Shown here: piece after piece, positions 57,668 through 64,000 of the stretch
How positions within the stretch are numbered: the first letter of the stretch is position 1
Layout of the letters: the number at the start of each line of letters is the position of its first letter
From: Oscillospiraceae bacterium
Lineage (GTDB): Bacteria; Bacillota; Clostridia; Oscillospirales; QAMX01
Assembly (NCBI GenBank): GCA_015067705.1
Contig: SVLW01000003.1
Coordinates: forward strand, 3,928-67,927
Direction of reading: 5' to 3'
DNA: 64,000 bases
The notes under the pieces: generated by a model
Told to the model about the DNA's origin: nothing
The model's database searches: none
The model's input: the letters and a program-made list of their open reading frames with translations, nothing else
Translations under genes and position numbers: made by a program

Positions 57668-57797
57668 CCTTCCCGGTCGTTAAGCTTTTTCTGCACAGGG
57701 CGGGACCTTGCCGCATATACTGAAAAAGAAAGCGCGGCTGGCCTTGCCCGTCCTGCGCGTTTCGACAGAAAGGCAGGAACAAACTTTGTATGATTGT

Positions 57798-58016
57798 ATG
57801 ATAGTGCTCCGTTCCACCAGTGCCGCCCAGCGGGCGGTGCGGGGACTTTCGGAAAACGGCATCCCGGCGATTCCCGTGCGGCCGCCCGCCGCGCTCACCG
57901 GCAGTCCCTGCGCCCACGGCATCAAGTTCGACCGCCGCTTTCTTCCCACGGTGCAGTCGCTTCTCTCCCACTGGCAGCTGGATCCCCGGGGCGTATATGA
58001 CTCTTATAAAGGATGA
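57798..58016 (+). CDS. DUF3343-like small protein (putative S/Se carrier-associated)
   Basis: Embedded in track ORF 57708-58016. MIVLRSTSAAQRAVRGLSENGIPAIPVRPPAALTGSPCAHGIKFD... matches my recollection of the DUF3343 pattern (GI..r..P.P..i...CG.a). Stops 4 nt before the cysteine desulfurase start. Possible TTG start at 57786. Confidence 0.55.
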   Translation: MIVLRSTSAAQRAVRGLSENGIPAIPVRPPAALTGSPCAHGIKFDRRFLPTVQSLLSHWQLDPRGVYDSYKG

Positions 58017-58020
58017 CACC

Positions 58021-59154
58021 ATGATTTTCTTTGACAACGCAGCCACTTCCTATCAAAAGCCGCCCGGCGTCTATCCCGCCATGCGGGAGGCCATGCAGAG
58101 CTGTGCCTCCGTGGGGCGGGGCGGCTATGCCGCGGCGGAGGCCGCCGCCTCCCGGGTCTATGACTGCCGGGAGGCCATCGCCGCCCTCTTCCACGTCCCC
58201 GACCCCCAAAAGGTGATCTTCACCTATAACGCCACCGTGGCCCTCAACATGGCCATCAAGGGCCTCATGACGGACGGCCACGCCGTGATCTCCGGCTATG
58301 AGCACAATGCGGTGGTGCGTCCCCTCTCCGCCCTGGCGCGTCAGGGCGTCACGTTCACGGCCGCCGCCTCTCCCCTCTTCCAGCCGGAAGAGCTCCTCTC
58401 CGCCTTCCGCCGGGCGGTGCGCCCGGACACGGAGCTTCTCATCTGCTGCCACGTCTCCAATGTCTTCGGCCAGATCGCCCCGGTGGAGGCGCTTGACGAT
58501 CTGGCGTGGGAGCTGGGTCTGCCCCTCGTGATCGATGCGTCCCAGTCCGCCGGAATGCTGCCCCTCTCGGCAGAACGGCTCCGCGCCACGGAATTCATCT
58601 GCATGCCGGGGCACAAGGGTCTTTACGGCCCCCAGGGCACCGGCGTGATGCTGCATCTGGGCCAGCGGCCCTGCCGCACCCTCATCGAGGGCGGCACCGG
58701 CAGCGACTCCGCCTCCCTGTCCCAGCCCGGTTTTGATCCCGACCGCTTTGAAAGCGGCACCCACAATGTGGCGGGCATCGCGGGCCTTCTCGAGGGCGTG
58801 CGCTTTGTCCGGCGGGAGGGCGAGGCCGCCATCCTGGGCCGGGAGCGGCAGCTCACCCGCTATCTGGGGGAGGAGCTGCGCCGCCTGCCCGGCGTGCAGG
58901 TATTCCTCAGTCGGGATCCCGCCCTGCAGACAGGGGTATTGTCCTTCACCTGCCGGGATCTTCCGGCGGAGACCATGGCAGAGCGGCTGTCCTCCGCGGG
59001 CATTGCCGTGCGGGCGGGACTGCACTGTGCGCCGCTGGCCCACCTCACCGCGGGCACCTATCCCGGCGGCACCGTCCGCCTCTCCCCCGGCGCTTTCACG
59101 AAGCTCTCCGACGCGAACCGTCTCCTCTCCGCCGTCCGTGCCGCCCTGCGATAA
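58021..59154 (+). CDS. cysteine desulfurase family protein (class V aminotransferase)
   Basis: Start at ATG 58021 (MIFFDNAATSYQKPPGV...). PLP-lysine context (ICMPGHKGLYGPQGTG). 377 aa. Confidence 0.85.
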   Translation: MIFFDNAATSYQKPPGVYPAMREAMQSCASVGRGGYAAAEAAASRVYDCREAIAALFHVPDPQKVIFTYNATVALNMAIKGLMTDGHAVISGYEHNAVVRPLSALARQGVTFTAAASPLFQPEELLSAFRRAVRPDTELLICCHVSNVFGQIAPVEALDDLAWELGLPLVIDASQSAGMLPLSAERLRATEFICMPGHKGLYGPQGTGVMLHLGQRPCRTLIEGGTGSDSASLSQPGFDPDRFESGTHNVAGIAGLLEGVRFVRREGEAAILGRERQLTRYLGEELRRLPGVQVFLSRDPALQTGVLSFTCRDLPAETMAERLSSAGIAVRAGLHCAPLAHLTAGTYPGGTVRLSPGAFTKLSDANRLLSAVRAALR

Positions 59155-59160
59155 GGCGCA

Positions 59161-59207
59161 AAAAGACCGTTTTTTCACCGGATGATCCGGCAGAAAAACG
59201 GTCTTTT
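59161..59207. terminator. bidirectional terminator between convergent genes
   Basis: 14-bp arms aaaagaccgttttt / aaaaacggtctttt (59161-59174, 59194-59207). Confidence 0.8.
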
Positions 59208-59213
59208 ACTCTG

Positions 59214-59759
59214 TTACAGGGTTTCCCGGTGATACTCCTCGCCGGAGAGCGTGCACCAACGCAGGACAGCGTCCTCCAGGAGCAGATAACTCCGCCGGCT
59301 TCCCTCCTTGGGGATGGAGACGGAGCCGGGATTACAGTAGAGATTCCCCTGGCCAAAGGGCTCCCAGGCCGGGATGTGGGTGTGGCCGTGGAGCAGGATG
59401 TCCCCCGGCTGCAGCGGCGGGAGGGATTTGGTGTGATAAACATGGCCATGGGTAGCATAAATGAGCCGCGCGCCCACGGGGATCACCGCATAGTCCGCCA
59501 GAATCGGGAAGGGCAGCACCATCTGGTCCACTTCCGTGTCGCAGTTGCCGCGGACGCAGAAAATCCGCTCCCGCATGACCGAGAGCTGGGCGATCACTTC
59601 CTTGGGGGCATAGCCCTCCGGCAGATCGTTGCGGGGGCCGTGATAGAGAATGTCCCCGAGGAGCAGCAGTCGGTCTGCCCCTTCGCGGGCAAACGCGGAG
59701 AGCAGTTCCCCGGTATAAAGCGCCGAGCCATGCAGGTCGGACGCGATCATCAGTTTCAT
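59214..59759 (-). CDS. YfcE/MJ0936-family phosphodiesterase
   Basis: MKLMIASDLHGS...LLLGDILYHGPRN...GNCD...GHTH. Confidence 0.85.
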   Translation of the reverse strand: MKLMIASDLHGSALYTGELLSAFAREGADRLLLLGDILYHGPRNDLPEGYAPKEVIAQLSVMRERIFCVRGNCDTEVDQMVLPFPILADYAVIPVGARLIYATHGHVYHTKSLPPLQPGDILLHGHTHIPAWEPFGQGNLYCNPGSVSIPKEGSRRSYLLLEDAVLRWCTLSGEEYHRETL

Positions 59760-59777
59760 CAGTCGTTCTCCTTATCG

Positions 59778-59815
59778 AAAAAAATCGGGCGGAGGGGATG
59801 CCTCCCGTCCGCCCG
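59778..59815 (-). terminator. terminator after the TPM-domain gene
   Basis: Stem cgggcgga...tccgcccg with an inner ggggatgcctccc hairpin. On the minus strand it is followed by 7 T. Confidence 0.65.
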
Positions 59816-59826
59816 GAATGGATACC

Positions 59827-60879
59827 TTATCTTCTGCCTGCGCCGCCGCCGCGGGTTCTGCCGCCGCCGCCCAATCTGGTGCGGGAGGCAGGACGGGAGC
59901 TCATGGAGCTGCGGGCCGTGGGACGGCCGCCGAAGCTGGTGCGGCCGGAGCTGACCTGACGGCCGGAGCCGCCGGGACGCACGCCGGGATTGGCCGGGGC
60001 GGAACCGCCGCCCATGCGGCCCATGCCGCCGGGACGGGGGCCGGGAGATGCGGGCCGGGGAGCCGGGGCCGGACGTCTTGCCGGGGGCTTCTGGCTCCAG
60101 AAGGCCGGATGGAACACGCCGTAGCGATAGCCGCGCTTGCGCAGGGAGATGGATCTGGGAATCGCAATGGCCAGGAAGACCACCAATGCCAGCACCACAA
60201 TGCCGATCAGGAAGCCGCCGGCGATCTTACCCACCAGGTTGCCCTTCTGAATCTGACCCTTATTTTCTTCTGCAAAGTCGTCCTTCTTCCCGTCGTCCTG
60301 ACCGGCGTCGGGATCCAGAAGACCGTCGCTGCCGCCCTGGGTGCCGGAGGCGGCGCCCGTACCGGTGATATCCACCGCGTAGAAGTTGCCGAACCAGCCG
60401 AGGGTGGCGTCAAAGAACTTGGTCACGCCGCTGTCATAGCTGCCGGCGGCAAAATCCTGTTCCAGATACTGGGTGAGATAATCGCCCAGGAGGTTTGCGG
60501 TGAGCGCCAGAGAGATGCCGCTGCCCGCCATGGCCCAATAATCCGCCTCGCCAACGGACAGCAGCAGCAGCACGCCGTTATTCTGCTCGGCGCTGCCGAT
60601 GCCCCACTGGTTCATGAGGTTGTAGGCATAGTCCTCGATATCCTTGCCGCCCAGGAATTCCATGGTGACCACCACGATCTGGCCGCCGGTGAGTTCCTCG
60701 AGACGATCGTTCATGCTGACAATATAATTTTCCGTCTCGTCAGACAGCACATTGGCATAGTCCGCCACATAAAAGGCCGCCGTGGGCTCCACCACTTCCA
60801 TTTCCGTGGCCGCCGCCGCGCAGGTGAAAAGCAGCGTCAGCGCCAGCATCAGCGCCGCAAATCTGTTCCAAAGTTTCAT
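59827..60879 (-). CDS. TPM-domain protein (YgcG-like) with TM anchor and Gly/Arg/Pro-rich tail
   Basis: Signal peptide; TPM block (VADYANVLSDETENYI...GQIVVVTMEFLGG...NNGVLLLLSVGE); TM helix; then a low-complexity C-terminus of about 100 aa. Confidence 0.8.
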   Translation of the reverse strand: MKLWNRFAALMLALTLLFTCAAAATEMEVVEPTAAFYVADYANVLSDETENYIVSMNDRLEELTGGQIVVVTMEFLGGKDIEDYAYNLMNQWGIGSAEQNNGVLLLLSVGEADYWAMAGSGISLALTANLLGDYLTQYLEQDFAAGSYDSGVTKFFDATLGWFGNFYAVDITGTGAASGTQGGSDGLLDPDAGQDDGKKDDFAEENKGQIQKGNLVGKIAGGFLIGIVVLALVVFLAIAIPRSISLRKRGYRYGVFHPAFWSQKPPARRPAPAPRPASPGPRPGGMGRMGGGSAPANPGVRPGGSGRQVSSGRTSFGGRPTARSSMSSRPASRTRLGGGGRTRGGGAGRR

Positions 60880-60891
60880 AGTGTTTCGTCC

Positions 60892-61437
60892 TTATCCGTA
60901 GTATTCCGCGTTCCCCGTCAGGGTCAGCAGTTTGAGCAGTCTGGCCGGGAATTTTTTGAGCGTTCCCTCGTTTAACGCCCGCACCAGATCGTTATAGCCG
61001 TCGTGCTGGATCGTGTAGGCATAGGAGGTGAAGTCCGTCAGAATGCCTTTTCGATAGTCCTCGTCGGTCTCTGTGAGTGACGCGTTGAGAAGCGCCGCGT
61101 TCAAGTCGCTGACCGCCTCCGAGAGCTCCTCGTTTAAGTCATAGCATTTCTCCGGACGGGTCTCCCGCTGGAGCTTTGCCGAGAGCACCCGCACCCGGGA
61201 CACGGCATCGTCCTCCGCGTCCAGATACCGCTCCGCCACCGTCACCAGATTATTGGCAAGCTGTGTCCGGCTGCCCAGATCGTGATAGATGCTCTGGCCG
61301 TCGCCGGCCACGCCGTAGACGAAGGCGTCCTCCGTCTCCCGGATCACCTCAGAAAGTGAGCGCCGCGCACCGCTTAAGATAGACAACGCGATCACGATCA
61401 CACAGATGATCACCGCCACTTTTCGATTTTTCAGCAT
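60892..61437 (-). CDS. membrane-anchored protein, divergent LemA-like
   Basis: N-terminal TM helix. Weak resemblance to LemA blocks (QLANNLVTVAERY; YNDLVRALNEGTLKKFPARLL). Sits in the typical position upstream of a TPM gene. Confidence 0.4.
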   Translation of the reverse strand: MLKNRKVAVIICVIVIALSILSGARRSLSEVIRETEDAFVYGVAGDGQSIYHDLGSRTQLANNLVTVAERYLDAEDDAVSRVRVLSAKLQRETRPEKCYDLNEELSEAVSDLNAALLNASLTETDEDYRKGILTDFTSYAYTIQHDGYNDLVRALNEGTLKKFPARLLKLLTLTGNAEYYG

Positions 61438-61470
61438 ACCCGGCCTCCTTTCCGTTGTTTGTTCTGTTCT

Positions 61471-62586
61471 TTAGCCACGCAGTTCCAGAAGCTTCTGCTT
61501 CAGTTCTCCTTCAATGCGGCCAAGCTCTGCCTCTGCCGCATGACGGCGCTGGGCGCCCTCGTTCTGGATGGTCACCACCTCGTCCAAAGTGGCGATGAGC
61601 TTCTGATTGGTCTCCTGCAGGGTCTCGATATCCACGATGGCGCGCTCCGCCTCCCGGGCAGCCTCCGTGGTGCCGATGCGCAGCATCTCGGCATTTTTCT
61701 TAAGGAGTTCGTTGGTCATATTGGTAACGGCATTCTGTGCCTCGGTGGCAGCACGGGAATGCTCAAGACCCAGGGACAGCACCATCTGGCTCTTCCAGAG
61801 GGGGATGGTGTTGACGAGAGAGGACTGGATCTTCTCCACCATCAGGGCGTCGTTATTCTGCAGCATCCGGGTCTGGGGGCCCATCTGGATGGACACCATC
61901 CGGGTCAGCTCCAGATCATGGAGCTTCTTTTCAAAGCGGTTGCACTGGTTGGCAAGATCATTATAGGCCTGTGCGTCCTCCTGAAGGCCCGATGCCTCTG
62001 CCTTTGCCCGGAGGGCCGCCACCTCATTCTCCCGCACTTCCTGAAGCTTCTTTTTGCCCGCCAGGATGTACATGGTCAGTTCTTTATAATACTTAAGATT
62101 CAGCTCATACATCTGGTCAAGAAGCGCAATGTCCTTGAGAAGCGTCACCTGATGCTCCTCAAGCACCGCCACGATCTTGTCCACATTGGTCTCCGCCTTG
62201 GCGTACTGGGCACGCAGGGTGGTGATCTGGTCCTTTGCCCGGCGGAAGAGGCCGCGCCTGGGGGCCGTCATGTCCACGCCCTTGAGCTCGCCCACCAGAT
62301 CGGACAGGGCCTCGCCGATCTCGCCCATATCCTTGGTGCGCACGCTCTGCAGGGCATCCTCGGAGAAGGTGGCCACATGCTTCTGGGCGGCGGCGCCGTA
62401 CTGCAGGATCATCTGATTATCCGTCAGATCCAGCTTGTCCGCGAATTCCGCCACGGCGCGGCGCTCTGCCTCCGAGAGCATTTCTTCGTTGATGGCGGCG
62501 GGAGCGGCAGGGGCCTTTTCCGCCACCAGAGGTTTCGTTTCGGAAAGATCCGGGGTCAAAGTCAGTTCGGGGATAGTCTGATCCAT
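61471..62586 (-). CDS. toxic anion resistance protein (TelA family)
   Basis: 371-aa all-helical protein with TelA-like blocks (ILQYGAAAQ...; LTRMVSIQMGPQTRMLQNND). Paired with an XpaC-like gene as in Bacillus. Confidence 0.75.
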   Translation of the reverse strand: MDQTIPELTLTPDLSETKPLVAEKAPAAPAAINEEMLSEAERRAVAEFADKLDLTDNQMILQYGAAAQKHVATFSEDALQSVRTKDMGEIGEALSDLVGELKGVDMTAPRRGLFRRAKDQITTLRAQYAKAETNVDKIVAVLEEHQVTLLKDIALLDQMYELNLKYYKELTMYILAGKKKLQEVRENEVAALRAKAEASGLQEDAQAYNDLANQCNRFEKKLHDLELTRMVSIQMGPQTRMLQNNDALMVEKIQSSLVNTIPLWKSQMVLSLGLEHSRAATEAQNAVTNMTNELLKKNAEMLRIGTTEAAREAERAIVDIETLQETNQKLIATLDEVVTIQNEGAQRRHAAEAELGRIEGELKQKLLELRG

Positions 62587-62609
62587 CTTCTCTTCTCCTT
62601 TTCTCTCGC

Positions 62610-63305
62610 TCAGCCTTTCAGGTCAAAGGACGGGCCGGAAAAGCCCTCCCGCTCCATCATGCCTTCCAGTACGGTGATGTCCGCGGAAATGTCCATGGCC
62701 TCTTCGCTGAAGAGACTGTCCAACTGTTTCTCATAGGCGGCCACCACGGCGTCCAGGATATCCTCGATCTTGCGCATGGTGCTGCCGATATGTTCGCCCG
62801 AAACGCCCTGGGATCCCATGCGGTCATAGGCATTGAGGATCTTGATGGTGGTGGGCACATAGTAATTCACAAATTTTCTCGCCCGGGTCAGCTTGTGAGG
62901 ATGGGCGGAGACGTGGGCAAAGATCTTGCCGGTGAGCTCCGTCAGGCGGCTGATCCGCCGGGAGATCTCCTCGTCCGCGATATTGTCGTTTAAGCGGTTC
63001 ATCTCGGATACCGCGCGGCGGCCCTCTAAAATGAAGGCATCCAGCTCCTCATTGCCGGTGCCCTCGGGCTTCTTCGGCTCCTCGGCGGGGGCTTCCTCCA
63101 CCTGGGGCTTCTCCGGCGCGGGGGGAAGCTCCTCATATCTCGGCTTCCAGATCTTCTTTGCCGCCTTTTTGGCCAGAAGGGACAGGAGGATCACCCAGAT
63201 GAAATGCTTCGTCTGATAAAGGGGGAAACAGAGGCTGTAGACCGCCCAGACAGCGGCCACGGCATATACATCCATCACGGAAATCAGTTTGCGCTTCTTC
63301 GCCAA
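62610..63305 (-). CDS. 5-bromo-4-chloroindolyl phosphate hydrolysis (XpaC-like) family protein
   Basis: Two N-terminal TM helices plus a helical C-terminal domain. Immediately upstream of the TelA-family gene. Confidence 0.6.
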   Translation of the reverse strand: MAKKRKLISVMDVYAVAAVWAVYSLCFPLYQTKHFIWVILLSLLAKKAAKKIWKPRYEELPPAPEKPQVEEAPAEEPKKPEGTGNEELDAFILEGRRAVSEMNRLNDNIADEEISRRISRLTELTGKIFAHVSAHPHKLTRARKFVNYYVPTTIKILNAYDRMGSQGVSGEHIGSTMRKIEDILDAVVAAYEKQLDSLFSEEAMDISADITVLEGMMEREGFSGPSFDLKG

Positions 63306-63444
63306 AGCACGGCTCCCTCCTCATCATCCGGCGGGGAAATCCACACGCCTTAATAGTCTTATTTTATCGGTTAGCCCCCCGCTTGTCAAGAAATATCCCA
63401 CCCCGGCGCAATAAGTTCACAGATCATTCAAGGAATTTCGCCCC

Positions 63445-63472
63445 TTGACTTCCCGCGGGAATCTGCTATACT
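63445..63472 (+). promoter_or_regulatory. sigma-A promoter candidate for the NifX/NifB-like gene
   Basis: TTGACT (63445-63450), 16-nt spacer, TATACT (63467-63472), with a TG extended -10. Confidence 0.55.
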
Positions 63473-63505
63473 GTTATTGACATATGACAGAAAAGAGGGA
63501 ATCCC

Positions 63506-63934
63506 ATGAAAGTAGCAGTCACTTTTGAAAACGGACAGGTGTTCCAGCATTTTGGTCACACCTCTGCCTTTAAGGTGTATGAAATCGAGGACGGCCGGAT
63601 CGTCAAGTCCGGTATTGCCGTCACAAATGGACAGGGTCACGGCGCTCTGGCCGGTGTGCTGCGCCGTCTGGGCGCGGACGCCCTGATCTGCGGCGGCATC
63701 GGCGGCGGCGCCAGAACCGCGCTCCAGGACGCCGGCATCACGCTCTATCCCGGTGTGAAGGGCGACGCGGATGAGGCCGTGGCCGCACTCATCGCCGGCA
63801 CGCTCCCCTTCGATCCCAACACGGTCTGCAATCACCATCATGACCACGATCACGGCCACGACTGCGGCAGCCACGACTGCGGCAGTCACCATCACGGTGA
63901 AGGCCACGAATGCCGCCACGGCAAGTGCAACTGA
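63506..63934 (+). CDS. NifB/NifX-family (dinitrogenase FeMo-cofactor-binding fold) protein with His/Cys-rich tail
   Basis: MKVAVTFENGQVFQHFGHTSAFKVYEI...ALICGGIGGGA core; C-terminus NHHHDHDHGHDCGSHDCGSHHHGEGHECRHGKCN. Confidence 0.75.
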   Translation: MKVAVTFENGQVFQHFGHTSAFKVYEIEDGRIVKSGIAVTNGQGHGALAGVLRRLGADALICGGIGGGARTALQDAGITLYPGVKGDADEAVAALIAGTLPFDPNTVCNHHHDHDHGHDCGSHDCGSHHHGEGHECRHGKCN

Positions 63935-63950
63935 TTCTCCCGCAGCAAAA

Positions 63951-63989
63951 AACTCCCGGCGAAGCGTCCTGCCTCGCCGGGAGTTTCTT
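63951..63989 (+). terminator. rho-independent terminator
   Basis: 12-bp arms aactcccggcga / tcgccgggagtt (63951-63962, 63974-63985), then a T-rich run. Confidence 0.7.
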
Positions 63990-64000
63990 ATGCCTGTTTT

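Noticed and set aside
57594-57800. c-di-AMP (ydaO-type) or other riboswitch upstream of trkH
   Set aside because: I looked for one because K+ transporters are often controlled this way. However, a consensus promoter (TTGACG-17-TATAAT) lies only about 45 nt upstream of the start codon. That leaves no room for an aptamer, and I could not see conserved ydaO-like motifs further upstream.
56259-58046. N-terminal extensions of track ORFs: trkH 595 aa, response regulator 304 aa, rpoA 339 aa, rpsE 232 aa, rpmD 119 aa, PPIase 216 aa, apgM 426 aa, MTHFS 230 aa
   Set aside because: In each case an internal ATG with a good RBS yields the canonical N-terminus. The upstream extension is Arg/Gly/Pro-rich, or overlaps the neighbouring gene or a promoter.
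1-64000. tRNA, rRNA, tmRNA, RNase P, SRP RNA, transposase, integrase, restriction-modification, toxin-antitoxin or other defence genes
   Set aside because: I scanned the intergenic regions by eye for T-loop-type motifs (GGTTCGAATCC-like) and conserved RNA signatures, and the ORF list for nuclease, recombinase and ATPase hallmarks. Nothing convincing was found. A covariance-model scan (tRNAscan, Infernal) would be needed to be certain.

Overview
This looks like a high-GC Firmicutes (Clostridia-type) chromosomal segment, and most of it is housekeeping. From about 14.6 kb to 63.3 kb nearly every gene is on the minus strand. That stretch holds a complete S10-spc-alpha ribosomal protein cluster (rpsJ to rplQ, 23.07-38.53 kb, including secY-adk-map-infA-rpmJ and rpoA). 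It also holds polA, a translationally coupled tagA-thyX-tmk-DUF2156-MTHFS-CPBP operon, mltG, trkH/trkA, a GH2 glycosidase operon and an XpaC/TelA/LemA-like/TPM envelope-stress cluster. pcrA and a DUF3343 plus cysteine desulfurase pair are on the plus strand. The left 8 kb carries a DUF4097-like protein, a GerMN lipoprotein, a two-component system, a D-Ala-D-Ala carboxypeptidase, secG and a phosphatase-rimI-tsaD unit.

The only clearly accessory region is 8.4-14.5 kb. It holds four tandem orphan solute-binding lipoprotein paralogs; three sit in a lower-GC block and none has a transporter partner. A stand-alone 63-aa Cys/Thr/Ser-rich peptide gene lies between paralogs 2 and 3.

Other points worth a second look:
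- a DnaA-box cluster upstream of polA
- a 418-bp low-GC single-gene cassette flanked by 18-bp direct repeats immediately after pcrA
- three hairpin-dense intergenic repeat elements, one carrying a C6-A18-G10 homopolymer run
- an SLH-MltG-amidase fusion protein
- ribosomal protein S3 with a roughly 90-aa RGG-type tail

By eye I found no rRNA, tRNA, CRISPR array, transposase, integrase or recognisable defence gene. I cannot demonstrate a complete novel multi-gene system. The best candidate is the binding-protein array with its embedded peptide gene. All family assignments come from motif recognition on the translated ORFs; no database search was possible.
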